The notes beneath the pieces were generated by a model. The model searched no databases. It saw only the letters and a list, made by a program, of their open reading frames with translations, and was not told the origin of the DNA. The translations under genes and the position numbers were made by a program. Positions 48,981 to 59,828 of a DNA stretch of 64,000 bases are shown in pieces (the first letter of the stretch is position 1; each line of letters opens with the position of its first letter). This DNA comes from Gemmatimonadota bacterium (GTDB lineage: Bacteria; Gemmatimonadota; Gemmatimonadetes; Gemmatimonadales; Gemmatimonadaceae): contig JAZJZK010000030.1 of assembly GCA_040389905.1 (NCBI GenBank), positions 22,085-86,084 of the forward strand, given 5' to 3'.

Positions 48981-49844
48981 ATGAACGCTACTTGGAGCGT
49001 CCGGGGGCGAACCGTTGATGTAACGCGTCCCCTGATCATGGGGATCGTGAATGTTACCCCCGACAGCTTTAGCGACGGCGGAAGCTTCTTTTCCCCTGGT
49101 GCCGCGCTGGCGCACTGCGCGCAGTTGATCGCGGAGGGCGCGGACATCCTCGATATCGGCGGCGAGTCCACGCGCCCACAGGGCGCGGAAGCCGTGTCGG
49201 CGGAGGAAGAAATACGGCGCGTCTTGCCCGTGTTTCGAGCACTTGCTGCCGAGCGTCCGGAGGTGCTGCTTTCCGCGGATACGGTGAAGAGCGTTGTTGC
49301 CGATGCAGCACTCGGCGCCGGCGCACACATCGTCAACGATGTCTCCGGCATGCGGCTCGACCCCGAGATGGCTGAATTGTGCGCCAGCCACGAGGCGGGT
49401 GTTGTCCTCATGCATTCGCGCGGCGGCGTGACCGACATGGCCACCTATGCGCACGCCACGTTCCATGGTGATCCGGTCGATGCCGTGATGACGGAACTCG
49501 AGGAGCGGATCGCGTTCGCGCGCGAGTGGGGAATCGCGAGCGAGCGGATTGCCATCGATCCCGGCATTGGATTCGGGAAGCGCAGCGCACATTCGCTCCG
49601 GCTCCTCGGCTGCCTCGAACGTCTTGTCGCATGGGGACACCCGGTCGTGATCGGGGCATCGCGAAAGCGATTCATCGGAGAGATTACGCATGTCCTCGAG
49701 CCGCGCGAGCGAGTCATGGGAAGCATCGGCGCCGCCGTGGCCGCCTTCGAGCGGGGCGCTCGCATTTTCCGTGTGCATGACGTGCGCGCGACGCGCCAAG
49801 CGCTCGATGTCGCTGCCGCGATTCGTGATGCGGGGCTCGCCTGA
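48981..49844 (+). CDS. folP: Dihydropteroate synthase
   Basis: NVTPDSFSDGG, GGESTRP, DPGIGFGK, SRKRF, RVHDV. Confidence 0.96.
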   Translation: MNATWSVRGRTVDVTRPLIMGIVNVTPDSFSDGGSFFSPGAALAHCAQLIAEGADILDIGGESTRPQGAEAVSAEEEIRRVLPVFRALAAERPEVLLSADTVKSVVADAALGAGAHIVNDVSGMRLDPEMAELCASHEAGVVLMHSRGGVTDMATYAHATFHGDPVDAVMTELEERIAFAREWGIASERIAIDPGIGFGKRSAHSLRLLGCLERLVAWGHPVVIGASRKRFIGEITHVLEPRERVMGSIGAAVAAFERGARIFRVHDVRATRQALDVAAAIRDAGLA

Positions 49845-50656
49845 TGGAGGCGGTGCTGTTGCACGCGCTCGGCTGGCGTGAGTGGCTCGAGCTTCTGCTC
49901 ATCGGGTACGCCACCTATCGCATCCTGCGCAAATTCCACGGGACGCGGGTGCTGCGAATCGTTGCGGGAATGGCCATCCTCGCTGCGATCTACGCGGCCG
50001 CATGGTTGCTTCATTTATCCCTGATCACCTATCTGCTCGGACTCGGATTCCAGTATGGCGCAATTGCCTTGCTGATCGTGTTCGCACCGGAGTTGCGGGC
50101 GGGCCTGGCGCACCTCGGAGAGGCGAGGTTCGCGCGGTTGTTCACGACTATGGAACAGCGGGAAGTCTCGGATGAAATCTATGACGCGGTCGAGCGATTG
50201 AGCCGCTCGAGCATCGGGGCGATCGTAGCGATTGAGCGTGAGGTTCCCCTGGATGGATTTGCCGAGTCAGGCTCGGCGATGGACGCGAAGGTTTCCGCCG
50301 ATCTGGTCACCACAATTTTCACCCCGTACTCGCCGCTCCACGACGGCGCCGTGATCATTCGCGGCGATACGATCATTGCGGCGGGATGCATCCTTCCACT
50401 CTCCCAGAAGGCTATCGTGGACCGGGCGCTCGGGACGCGCCATCGCGCCGCCTTGGGCTTGTCCGAAGAGTCCGATGCCCTTGTACTCGTCGTGAGCGAG
50501 GAGCGTGCGACGATCTCGATTGCGGAGCGCGGCCGGCTCTGGCGCGATTTGTCGCCGCTGGAGGTCCGCGGAGTGCTTGCCGGTCGAGTACCGTCGCGCG
50601 ACCCGGTGGGCGGGGAAGGGGCGGCGGCGGCAACTCCGTTGCGGAGCCTTCCCTGA
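49844..50656 (+). CDS. cdaA: Diadenylate cyclase CdaA/DacA
   Basis: Three TM segments, LHDGA, GTRHRAA, VSEE. Confidence 0.93.
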   Translation: MEAVLLHALGWREWLELLLIGYATYRILRKFHGTRVLRIVAGMAILAAIYAAAWLLHLSLITYLLGLGFQYGAIALLIVFAPELRAGLAHLGEARFARLFTTMEQREVSDEIYDAVERLSRSSIGAIVAIEREVPLDGFAESGSAMDAKVSADLVTTIFTPYSPLHDGAVIIRGDTIIAAGCILPLSQKAIVDRALGTRHRAALGLSEESDALVLVVSEERATISIAERGRLWRDLSPLEVRGVLAGRVPSRDPVGGEGAAAATPLRSLP

Positions 50657-50688
50657 ACCGGTTCGGTGCGGGTACGACGAGCCGGGGA

Positions 50689-52809
50689 ATGACCGCGACG
50701 CGCGCGCCGGTGACTGTGTTCGTGGTGCTACTTACGGTGTACGTCGTTACGCTGGCGCCGGGTGTCACGTTCTGGGATGCCGGCGAGCTCATTTCGGCGG
50801 TTCACACCCTTGGCATTCCGCATCCTCCCGGGACGCCGCTATTCGTCGTGCTCGGCCATGTGTGGAGTTGGTGTCTCAGCGGCGCGCTCGGCGTCGCGCG
50901 GTCACTCAACCTCTTTTCCGCTGTGTGCACCGCAGGTGCGGCCGCAGCGTGTGCGTGGCTCGTCGGGCGCGAATCATCTGCCGAGGGAACGCACTGGGGG
51001 GCGCTTGCGGGTGCCCTCTGCGCGGGCCTCATGTCGAGCGCGTGGGCCAATGCGACAGAGACGGAGTTGTATGCGTTTTCGCTCCTTCACGTGGCGCTGA
51101 TGCTCGTCGCGGCGGCGCAATCGAACGGCGAGGGTTGTCACCCCGAGCGAGCGGAGCAGTATGCCCTCGAGGAGTGCAAGCGACGAGGGGAGGGGTCTGC
51201 AGCTGAACCCACCGTAACCGCAGGTGCAGGCCCTTCGCTCCGCTCAGGGCGACAAAACGAGCGTGCGTGGCTGCTTCTTACGGTCTATCTCATTGCCCTC
51301 GCGCCGGCGGTGCATCTCAGCGCACTCGTCGGCGCGCCGGCGGCTATCGTAATGGCGTCACGTCGGCGCGACCACGGGTGGTACCTCGATCGCGTGTTGC
51401 TGCTCGGCGGCGCGATGGTCGCGGCCGCAGGCGTCGGTCGTATGTCCTGGCCACTCGTACTGGTGGGAGCCGCGCTGGCGTGTGGGCCGATCGTGGTGTG
51501 TGCTGGAAATCGGTGGCCTCGCGTGCGACAATCCCTGGCCGCGGTTGGCCTCGCGGCGGTCGCGGCGAGCGCGCTGCTGATTCTGATGCTGCGGGCGCGG
51601 CACGATCCCATGATCAATCAGGGCAACCCATCGACGCTGACGACGCTCGCAGACGTCGTCGCGCGCCGACAATACGAAGTCGCTCCGATGTGGCCGCGGC
51701 GCGCACCCATCTGGCTGCAGATCACAAATGTGATTCAGTATCTCGATTGGCAATTCGCCTATGCGTGGGGAAGGGGGATCATCGCGTCCCCCGCGCGGAT
51801 TCTCGTGACGTTGCTGTTCATCGGGCTTGGCATTTCCGGTCATAGTGCCATGCGACGCGATGCACGACGGGTTGCCGAGGCGCTCCTCGCGCTCGGACTG
51901 TGCGGAACGGTGGGCGTCTGCGCCTACCTGAACCTCAAGTCCGGGGCATCGATCGGATACGGTTTCGTGCCCGCTGACGCTCACGAGGCGCGAGAGCGCG
52001 ACTATTTCTTCGTGCTCGGCTTCTGGGCGTGGGGTCTATTCGCCGGGTATGGCGCGCTGGCCTTCGTCAAGGCACATCGTTGGCCACGCTCGCTGGCGAC
52101 GGCGGTCGCGTTGGTGCCGCTCGCCGGCAACGTCGCAGCAAACGATCGCGCTCATCGCGCGGAGTCAACGGCTCCCCGCAGCATCGCGCTGTCACTCCTC
52201 GAGAGCGCGCCACGCAATGCCGTGCTGTTCCTTGCCGGCGACAACGACACGTATCCCATCTGGTACGCGCAGTCCGTCGAAGGGGTTCGGCTCGACGTCA
52301 CCACGGTCACGTTGCCGTTGCTGCCGGCCGACTGGTACGCGGCGGAGGTCGAGCGACGAACGGGTCTCCATTGGAGCGTGTCGCAGGCGGTTCCCGGCGC
52401 CAACTGGTTGCATGAGCAACGCGCAGCACTGATCGCTGCGGCTGCGCGAGCCGCCGGCCGTCCCATCGCTGCCACCACGCAGATGGCCGCGCGCGACCGA
52501 TCGCTCCTTGGTTCGTCCTGGCGCCTTTCTGGAACCGTGTATGTATCTGAGTCGCCGGCGGACGGAGCTGTTGGCGTCCCGCGCATCGACGCTCTAGCCC
52601 GGATTTCTCACAATAGACGTGGTGAGAAATCCGGGCTAGCGGGGCCAATCGGCGCACGCCCTGCGCCGGCGCGCCAAAGTGGCCAACATCTACCCGACGA
52701 CGTGAGTGCGTACATGCTGGAAATCTTTGAATGTCCGCGTCTCGCGAAGCTGTCGCCGAGCGATTCTGTCGCGCGGAAGTCGCTTGAAGTGAGCTGCAAC
52801 CTTCGGTAA
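50689..52809 (+). CDS. DUF2723 (TMEM260-like, GT-C) membrane protein
   Basis: FWDAGE, LGIPHPPGTPLF, RERDYFF, GDNDTYPIWY. Confidence 0.88.
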   Translation: MTATRAPVTVFVVLLTVYVVTLAPGVTFWDAGELISAVHTLGIPHPPGTPLFVVLGHVWSWCLSGALGVARSLNLFSAVCTAGAAAACAWLVGRESSAEGTHWGALAGALCAGLMSSAWANATETELYAFSLLHVALMLVAAAQSNGEGCHPERAEQYALEECKRRGEGSAAEPTVTAGAGPSLRSGRQNERAWLLLTVYLIALAPAVHLSALVGAPAAIVMASRRRDHGWYLDRVLLLGGAMVAAAGVGRMSWPLVLVGAALACGPIVVCAGNRWPRVRQSLAAVGLAAVAASALLILMLRARHDPMINQGNPSTLTTLADVVARRQYEVAPMWPRRAPIWLQITNVIQYLDWQFAYAWGRGIIASPARILVTLLFIGLGISGHSAMRRDARRVAEALLALGLCGTVGVCAYLNLKSGASIGYGFVPADAHEARERDYFFVLGFWAWGLFAGYGALAFVKAHRWPRSLATAVALVPLAGNVAANDRAHRAESTAPRSIALSLLESAPRNAVLFLAGDNDTYPIWYAQSVEGVRLDVTTVTLPLLPADWYAAEVERRTGLHWSVSQAVPGANWLHEQRAALIAAAARAAGRPIAATTQMAARDRSLLGSSWRLSGTVYVSESPADGAVGVPRIDALARISHNRRGEKSGLAGPIGARPAPARQSGQHLPDDVSAYMLEIFECPRLAKLSPSDSVARKSLEVSCNLR
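51136..51254. repeat. REP-like palindrome lying in frame inside the DUF2723 gene
   Basis: TGTCACCCCGAGCGAGCGGAGC...CCCTTCGCTCCGCTCAGGGCGACA; matches the reverse complement of 14569-14658. Confidence 0.85.
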
Positions 52810-52820
52810 ATTCTCATGTT

Positions 52821-53504
52821 ATGCCTTTTCAGGACCTACCGGCTCGGCTCGCTCAGGTGCGCGAAAAAATCGAGCGTGCGAGAACGCGGGGTGGATTTGG
52901 CCAAGATGTTACGATTGTCGCAGTAACGAAGACGTATGGTCCGGATGCGCCGGTTGCCGCGTGGGACGCCGGATTGCGGGACATAGGAGAGAACAAGGTG
53001 CAGGAGGCAGCCTCCAAGATGCCGGAGGTTGCGGTACCCCTCCGATGGCATCTCATCGGACATCTGCAGCGCAACAAGGTGAAGCAGCTCGATCCGTTTC
53101 ACCTCATTCACTCCATGGACAGTGCCCGGCTTGCCGATGCGCTGGCAGCACGCGGTGTCGAGCGTGGGCGGCCGATGGACGTTCTGCTGCAGGTCAATGT
53201 GTCGGGAGAGGGAACGAAGGGCGGATACGGACCGGACGACGTTCCTCGCGAAGCAGATCGGCTGCGCGCGTTGGCGGGGTTGAGGGTGCTTGGAGTGATG
53301 ACGATGGCCCCGTTCGATGCAGACGAAGCGACGCTTCGCATAGTGTTTCGGGGGGCTCGGACGGCGACGGAGACGCTGAGACGGGCAGGGCACGAGGTGA
53401 CCGAACTGTCGATGGGGATGTCGGGTGACTACGAAGTCGCAGTAGAAGAGGGCGCCACCCTGGTGCGCCTCGGAACGGTGCTGTTCGGAGCGAGATCCGC
53501 CTAA
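52821..53504 (+). CDS. yggS: PLP homeostasis protein
   Basis: VAVTKT, GENKVQE, HLIGHLQRNK, LSMGMSGD. Confidence 0.95.
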   Translation: MPFQDLPARLAQVREKIERARTRGGFGQDVTIVAVTKTYGPDAPVAAWDAGLRDIGENKVQEAASKMPEVAVPLRWHLIGHLQRNKVKQLDPFHLIHSMDSARLADALAARGVERGRPMDVLLQVNVSGEGTKGGYGPDDVPREADRLRALAGLRVLGVMTMAPFDADEATLRIVFRGARTATETLRRAGHEVTELSMGMSGDYEVAVEEGATLVRLGTVLFGARSA

Positions 53505-54061
53505 TGGACGAGACCTTTCATCTCACGCCGCTCGATGTTCGCCGCTACGACTTCGGCAAGTCGCTTCGCGGCTATGATCCCGAGCGGGTCGAGCAGTTTC
53601 GCACGCAGGTCGCCGATGAGATGGAGCGTTTGGCGCGCACCGCCGCCGACTTCGAACAGAAGGCGAAGGGTTTTCACGAGCAGTTGCGCGCATTCCGCGA
53701 ACGCGACAAGGCATTGAACGATGCGCTTGTGAGCGCACAGCAGCTCCGCACGGAAATCCGCGAGTCCTCGGAGCGTGAGGCAGCCCTGATCATTCGCGAA
53801 GCGCAGGTTGAGGCCGAGCGACAGATCGAAGTGGCACGCAATGAAATCAGGATGCTCGAGGCCCACCTGGCGGAGCTCGATCGATCCAGGCGCAACCACT
53901 TGACACAGCTGCGAATCGCGACCGAGCGCCAGCTTGCCGAGATCAGCGCCGCCGAGAACGCGCCCGGTCCGCAGTTCACGCCGTCCCAGCGCCAGACAGG
54001 CCGCTTCGCGGAGGGCGCCGATTTCCCGCGGGCGTCGACAGGAGTACCCGTTTCGGAATGA
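53504..54061 (+). CDS. divIVA: DivIVA domain protein
   Basis: [19 protein letters not shown] followed by a coiled coil. Confidence 0.88.
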   Translation: MDETFHLTPLDVRRYDFGKSLRGYDPERVEQFRTQVADEMERLARTAADFEQKAKGFHEQLRAFRERDKALNDALVSAQQLRTEIRESSEREAALIIREAQVEAERQIEVARNEIRMLEAHLAELDRSRRNHLTQLRIATERQLAEISAAENAPGPQFTPSQRQTGRFAEGADFPRASTGVPVSE

Positions 54062-54912
54062 CGTCTGCCTCATTGTCGTCCATCTCTGCCAGCGCGCACA
54101 CGCTCGAAGCCGTCGAGGCGGCTGCCGCCGCGGTTCGCACGCGCTTCGTCCCTGCGCCCGACGTTGCCATCGTTTTGGGCACGGGGCTCGGCGGGCTCGC
54201 GCGTGAGATCGCCGTCGAGGAGACCATCGAGTACGCGGATATTCCCGGTTTTCCGCCCTCGACGGTGGAAAGCCACGCCGGCCGGTTGCTTTGCGGAACC
54301 CTTGGCGGCAAGACCGTCGTTGCCATGCAGGGTCGGTTTCACAGGTACGAGGGCTACTCCCTTCAGCAGGTGACCTTCCCGGTGCGCGTGCTCCACGCGC
54401 TTGGCGCCACCGATCTGATCGTGTCGAACGCGTGCGGTGGAATGAACCCGCTGTGGCAGGCGGGCGATCTCATGCTGATCGCCGATCACATCAGCCTGCT
54501 TGGCGATAGTCCGCTCATCGGTCACAACGACGACCGGCTGGGTGCGCGATTTCCGGATATGTCGGCGGTGTACGACGAAACGCTTCGAGCGCTGGCGCGG
54601 GGCGTGGCCATCGACCAGAAGATCGCGCTTCGCGAGGGAGTGTATGTCGCGGTGCAGGGTCCGAATCTCGAGACCCGAGCGGAGTACCGGATGCTCCGGG
54701 CCCTGGGCGCCGACGTCGTCGGCATGAGCACCGTTCCCGAAGCGGTCGTCGCGGTGCACGCCGGTATGCGTGTGCTCGGCCTGTCGATCATTACCGACCT
54801 GTGTCTGCCCGATGCGCTGGAACCGGCGGAGCTCTCCACCATCCTCGCGGTCGCCGGCCGCGCAGAGCCGCAGTTGACGTCGCTCGTGCGCGGCGTGCTG
54901 GAGCGTCTATGA
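54058..54912 (+). CDS. Purine-nucleoside phosphorylase (trimeric family)
   Basis: [31 protein letters not shown]. Confidence 0.93.
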   Translation: MTSASLSSISASAHTLEAVEAAAAAVRTRFVPAPDVAIVLGTGLGGLAREIAVEETIEYADIPGFPPSTVESHAGRLLCGTLGGKTVVAMQGRFHRYEGYSLQQVTFPVRVLHALGATDLIVSNACGGMNPLWQAGDLMLIADHISLLGDSPLIGHNDDRLGARFPDMSAVYDETLRALARGVAIDQKIALREGVYVAVQGPNLETRAEYRMLRALGADVVGMSTVPEAVVAVHAGMRVLGLSIITDLCLPDALEPAELSTILAVAGRAEPQLTSLVRGVLERL

Positions 54913-57900
54913 GTGCGTCCAGCGCGCCGACGCCGCGCTTCGCGCTCCTGCCGGCTGATCAACCCGCGAAGGAGCTCGAGGAAGCGCTGATCGAGCGGTG
55001 GCGTTCGGAGAACCTGTTCGCGCAAACGATCGACGGGCGCGAAGCCGCGGAGCCCTTCGTGTTTTTCGAAGGCCCGCCCACGGCAAATGGACGGCCGGGC
55101 ATCCATCACGTGTTCGCGCGGACGATCAAGGATCTCTTCTGCCGGCATCGTGCGATGAAGGGATATCGCGTCGATCGCAAGGCTGGATGGGACACGCATG
55201 GCCTGCCGGTGGAAATCGAGGTCGAGAAGCGACTCGGCATCAGCGGCAAGCAGGATATCGAAACGCTCGGCGTCGCCGAATTCAATCGGCTGTGCCGAGA
55301 GAGCGTGTTCACGTATCGCGGCGAGTTCGAGTCGTTGAGTGAGCGGATCGGCTACTGGCTCGACTATGAGCATCCGTACGTCACGTACACGAACGACTAC
55401 ATCGAGAGCGTCTGGTGGTCGCTGTCGGTGCTGTTCAAGAAGGGGCTGCTCTTCAAGGGCCACAAGATTCTGCCCTATTGCCCTCGTTGCGGAACATCGC
55501 TGTCGAGCCACGAGGTGGCGCAGGGATACGAGGACGTGGACGATCCGAGCGTCTACATCGCGCTCGATCTGGGCAGCGTCGGCGGCGAAGTCGTGGAGGA
55601 TGCGGCGGATATGCCCGGCCGAACGGCGCGCCGAATCCTCGTGTGGACGACGACGCCGTGGACGCTTGTGTCGAACACGGCGCTTGCGGTGCATCCCGAG
55701 CTCGCGTACGCCGAGCTGCGAAAGACGGGCAGCGCCGACACGCGCACGATCATCATCGCCGAAGCGCGAGTCGCCGCCGTGCTGGGCGAGGACTACAACA
55801 GTCGTTGGACGCGCGTCGGTACGGTGACGGGCGCGGAGCTTGTCGGCGCGCGGTACCGTCGTCCGCTCGATTGGCTCGAGTATCCGGAGGGCACGACTCA
55901 CGAGATCATCATCGGCGAAAGCTTCGTGAGCGCGGATGACGGGTCGGGTGTGGTGCATATGTCGCCCGCGTTCGGCGCGGACGATTACGCGGCCGGGCGC
56001 CGGCACAATCTCGCGTTTCTGCTGCCCGTGAACTCACGCGGCGAGTTCGACGCGGAGGTGCCGCTCGTCGGCGGACAGTTCGTGAAGAAGGCAGATCCCG
56101 AACTGATCGAGGAGCTCAAGCGTCGTGGTGTGCTCTGGAAGGCAGGGACGATCAATCACTCGTATCCGCACTGCTGGCGCTGCCGCACCCCGTTGTTGTA
56201 TTACGCGCGGTCATCGTGGTTCGTGCGTACGTCGTCGTACAAGGACGAAATGCTTGCGCGGAACGCGCAGGTGAACTGGAATCCGCGCGACGTTGGCGAA
56301 GGGCGCTTTGGTGAATGGCTGGAGAACAACATCGACTGGGCCGTGTCGCGCGATCGCTATTGGGGCACGCCGTTGCCGCTCTGGGTATGCGATCAAGACG
56401 CGGCGCACATCGATGTGATCGGAAGCTTCGAGGAACTCGCGTCGCGAAGTGGGACGACGCTGGCCGGCGACTTCGATCCGCACAAGCCGTTCATCGATTC
56501 CTATTCGTGGAACTGCTCCGCTGCGGGTTGTGGCGGCACGATGAGCCGGACGCCGGAGGTGATCGACGCGTGGTACGACTCGGGTTCGATGCCGTTTGCA
56601 CAGTGGCATTATCCCTTCGAAAACGACGAGGAGATGAACCGGCAGTACCCCGGCGATTTCATCGCGGAGGGGCTCGACCAGACACGGGGTTGGTTCTACT
56701 CGTTGCTGGCGATTGCGGCGGGACTCGGAGACGCGCTGCCGAATAATGCGAGTGGGACGGCAGCGCCCTACCGCGCCGTGATGGTGAACGGCACGGTCCG
56801 CGACGCCGAGGGCAAGAAGATGTCGAAAAGCCGCGGCAACGTCGTGGAGCCGTTCGGCGTGATCGAGCGGAATGGCGCGGATGCCGTGCGGCTCTTCCTG
56901 GTGAGCAGCAGCAAGGCGTGGGAGCCGAGGTCATTCGACGAAGGGGTATTGAAGCAGGGTGCCGGGCGCTTTCTCCGCACGCTGAAAAACATCTACAGCG
57001 GGATGTTCGCGAACTATGCGAACTTCGGCTGGACGCCATCTGCCGCCGATCCCGCCGTTGCCGACCGCTCGGTGATGGACCGGTGGATTCTGTCGCGGCT
57101 TTCTACCGTCGAGCGGACCGCGGATGCATTCATGATGGCCTATGATGCCTCCGGCGCCGCGCGCGCGGTCATGGAGTTCGTGGACGAAGACCTCGCCAAC
57201 TGGTACGTGCGCCAGTCGCGCGCGCGGCTCTGGGCGACCAACAACGTGTTCAGCGACGACACGAATGCGGCCTTCGCCACACTTTATGAGGTGCTCGTCG
57301 TCGTCTCGCGCCTGCTCGCTCCCTTCGCGCCGTTCGTGACTGATGAGCTGCACCGTGAGCTCACGGGGACCTCGGTGCACCTTGCGCCGTACGTTCGCGC
57401 CCCGGCGGACCAATACGCGGATGGTGATCTCGAGGCGGAGATGTTGACGATCCGCACCCTGGCGACCCTCGGCCGAGCGGCGCGCGAGCGCGTTGGCATC
57501 AACGTGCGGCAGCCGTTGTCGCGGATGGTGTGCGTGGCGCCCGGCGTCGCTGAGGCGAGGTTGGGCGCGCTGCTGCCGATACTTCGGTCCGAGCTCAACG
57601 TAAAGCAGATCGACCTGGCCTCGAGTGGCGATAGTCTCGTCACGCTGGAGGCGAAGCCGAACTTCCGCGCGCTGGGCAAGAAATTCGGAAAGAAGACACC
57701 AATGGCGGCGGATGCGGTGTCTCAGTTCACCAGTGAGCACCTGCGCCAGTTCGAGGCGGGGGGTGAGCTGGTGGTGACTGTGGACGGCCAAACGCACGGG
57801 TTGGACGCTGAGGATATCACAATTCTGAGCCGGGCATCCGGCACGTTGATCGTGGAACATCTGGGGACCCTGTTCGCGGCCATCGATCCAACAGTGACCC

Positions 57901-58184
57901 CGGAGTTGAAGCGTGAAGGAGTGGCACGAGAGCTCATCAGCAGGGTACAGCGTATGCGAAAGGAGTCTGGACTTGCGGTGAGTGACCGGATCCGGCTCTG
58001 GGTGGGGGGCGATGCGCAGTTGCTCGAGTCCGTGAGCGAGCATCGCGAATGGATTGCCGATGAGGTCTTGGCAACGAGTGTCGCAATCGGCGAAGCAGGT
58101 CCGGCGACTGAGAAAATGCTGGCGAGGCAGCAGGTGGATCTCGACGGGATCCGTGCCGACCTTGCCCTAACCAAGGACGAGTAG
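54909..58184 (+). CDS. ileS: Isoleucine-tRNA ligase, type 2
   Basis: [43 protein letters not shown]; IleRS2-like C-terminus. Confidence 0.96.
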   Translation: MSASSAPTPRFALLPADQPAKELEEALIERWRSENLFAQTIDGREAAEPFVFFEGPPTANGRPGIHHVFARTIKDLFCRHRAMKGYRVDRKAGWDTHGLPVEIEVEKRLGISGKQDIETLGVAEFNRLCRESVFTYRGEFESLSERIGYWLDYEHPYVTYTNDYIESVWWSLSVLFKKGLLFKGHKILPYCPRCGTSLSSHEVAQGYEDVDDPSVYIALDLGSVGGEVVEDAADMPGRTARRILVWTTTPWTLVSNTALAVHPELAYAELRKTGSADTRTIIIAEARVAAVLGEDYNSRWTRVGTVTGAELVGARYRRPLDWLEYPEGTTHEIIIGESFVSADDGSGVVHMSPAFGADDYAAGRRHNLAFLLPVNSRGEFDAEVPLVGGQFVKKADPELIEELKRRGVLWKAGTINHSYPHCWRCRTPLLYYARSSWFVRTSSYKDEMLARNAQVNWNPRDVGEGRFGEWLENNIDWAVSRDRYWGTPLPLWVCDQDAAHIDVIGSFEELASRSGTTLAGDFDPHKPFIDSYSWNCSAAGCGGTMSRTPEVIDAWYDSGSMPFAQWHYPFENDEEMNRQYPGDFIAEGLDQTRGWFYSLLAIAAGLGDALPNNASGTAAPYRAVMVNGTVRDAEGKKMSKSRGNVVEPFGVIERNGADAVRLFLVSSSKAWEPRSFDEGVLKQGAGRFLRTLKNIYSGMFANYANFGWTPSAADPAVADRSVMDRWILSRLSTVERTADAFMMAYDASGAARAVMEFVDEDLANWYVRQSRARLWATNNVFSDDTNAAFATLYEVLVVVSRLLAPFAPFVTDELHRELTGTSVHLAPYVRAPADQYADGDLEAEMLTIRTLATLGRAARERVGINVRQPLSRMVCVAPGVAEARLGALLPILRSELNVKQIDLASSGDSLVTLEAKPNFRALGKKFGKKTPMAADAVSQFTSEHLRQFEAGGELVVTVDGQTHGLDAEDITILSRASGTLIVEHLGTLFAAIDPTVTPELKREGVARELISRVQRMRKESGLAVSDRIRLWVGGDAQLLESVSEHREWIADEVLATSVAIGEAGPATEKMLARQQVDLDGIRADLALTKDE

Positions 58185-58186
58185 CA

Positions 58187-58615
58187 ATGGCCACGTCAGA
58201 GAGCGCGACCAAGGCAGTGAAGCCGAAGGCGATGCCCAAGAAGCATCTCCAGCACTTCGAGAAGCGGCTCCTCGAGGAGCGGAAACGGGTCCTCAAGGAG
58301 CTCGGGCACTACGACGAGGCATTCGGCGCCACGTCGCAAGAGTCGGACGGCGATCTCAGCAGCTATTCGTTCCACATGGCCGATCAGGGCACCGATGCGA
58401 TGGAGCGGGAGAAGGCATTTCTCTTCGCGAGCCAGGAGGGGCGTTTCCTCTGGCACATCGATGAAGCCCTTCGCCGGTTGTATCGCTCCCCGGAGACCTT
58501 TGGCAAATGCCACAACTGCGGGCAGGAGATTGCGTTCGAGCGCCTGGATGCGCTCCCGCACGCGCGCTTCTGCATCCAATGCAAGCAGCGCGAGGAAGAT
58601 GCAAAGTCGAAGTAA
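58187..58615 (+). CDS. TraR/DksA C4 zinc-finger protein
   Basis: HMADQGTD, CHNC...ERLDALP...CIQC. Confidence 0.92.
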   Translation: MATSESATKAVKPKAMPKKHLQHFEKRLLEERKRVLKELGHYDEAFGATSQESDGDLSSYSFHMADQGTDAMEREKAFLFASQEGRFLWHIDEALRRLYRSPETFGKCHNCGQEIAFERLDALPHARFCIQCKQREEDAKSK

Positions 58616-59159
58616 CGGCGTGCTCTTCTGGCCGGTTCTGGCCTTCGTTGCCACGATCGATGTGGTAACGAAGGCCATGGCCGAACGGGCACTCGCGCCG
58701 CAACGAATCCCGCATGACGTAGTCGGTAGCACGGTGCGGTTCACGCTCGTGTACAATCCCGGCGCCGCGTTCGGCCTGAACCTCGGGCCGCAATCGCGCT
58801 GGATTTTCACCGCGCTCACGATCGTGGCGCTTGTCATTCTTGCGCGGTTGTACCGGTCGACGCTGCGCGGCGACCTCCCGCGTACGCTTGCGCTCTCGCT
58901 GGTCTGCGCCGGCGCTCTGGGAAATTTGCTGGACCGCCTGCGGTCCGGTGCGGGCGTCGTTGATTTCCTGGATATCGGAATCAATGAGACGACGCGCTGG
59001 CCGACCTTCAATGTGGCAGACATGGCTGTGAGTTGCGGTGCCGTGCTGCTTGCGTTTGTGCTCTGGCGGGAAGACCGTGTTGCCAGCTCGGAGACTGACG
59101 GTCGTGCGCACGCGCCTGCCATCGCGACCGGCCCGGTCGAGCAGGGAGAACTCGTCTGA
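58599..59159 (+). CDS. lspA: Lipoprotein signal peptidase II, copy 1
   Basis: NPGAAFG, GNLLDR, VVDF, FNVAD. Confidence 0.93.
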   Translation: MQSRSNGVLFWPVLAFVATIDVVTKAMAERALAPQRIPHDVVGSTVRFTLVYNPGAAFGLNLGPQSRWIFTALTIVALVILARLYRSTLRGDLPRTLALSLVCAGALGNLLDRLRSGAGVVDFLDIGINETTRWPTFNVADMAVSCGAVLLAFVLWREDRVASSETDGRAHAPAIATGPVEQGELV

Positions 59160-59755
59160 CGACACCCGTCTCCCCGCGTCGGAACGGAGCCTTCCTGTTC
59201 TGGGGCATCGCCGCGATCATCATCGCCTCCGATTTCGCATCGAAGGTCGTCGCCGAGCGCCTGCTCGCCCCCCGATATGTTCCGCATCGGGTGATTGGCG
59301 ACGTCGTGCGCTTTACGCTCGCCTACAACCCCGGCGCGGCATTCAGCATGTCGCTCGGTGAGTATTCACGATACATCTTCGGCGCCTTTGCCCTTGTTGC
59401 GCTCGTGGTGCTGTGGCGCCTGTACAAGATGTCGGGCACGGGCTCGCGCGCTGGTGACGGACTGCGTATCTCGGCGCTTGGGCTCGCGTGGGGCGGCGCC
59501 GCCGGCAATCTCATCGATCGGTTCCGATCACCCCTTGGTGTTGTCGACTTCATCGACATCGGCGTTGGTGATGTGCGCTTCTGGACATTCAATGTCGCCG
59601 ATAGCGCGGTTACCGTGGGCGCGCTGATCCTCGCGTGGTCGCTGTCCAAGGAGGACATCGAGATGCGACGGGCCGCGGCGGCAGCGCCGGTAGTGTCCCC
59701 AGTGGATGAGGCCTTTCCGGCTTCTGCGCCCGAGGCGAGTACTGATCGCGTCTAG
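59156..59755 (+). CDS. lspA: Lipoprotein signal peptidase II, copy 2; probable CTG start
   Basis: NPGAAFS, GNLIDR, VVDFI, FNVAD; first TM with DFASK lies upstream of the ORF-track start. Confidence 0.9.
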   Translation: MTTPVSPRRNGAFLFWGIAAIIIASDFASKVVAERLLAPRYVPHRVIGDVVRFTLAYNPGAAFSMSLGEYSRYIFGAFALVALVVLWRLYKMSGTGSRAGDGLRISALGLAWGGAAGNLIDRFRSPLGVVDFIDIGVGDVRFWTFNVADSAVTVGALILAWSLSKEDIEMRRAAAAAPVVSPVDEAFPASAPEASTDRV

Positions 59756-59828
59756 ATGTGGTGGCGACGGTTCGTCTGCCGGACGATGTGAGTGTGCCTT
59801 GCTGGCCACACCCGACGAAGGGAAACGA

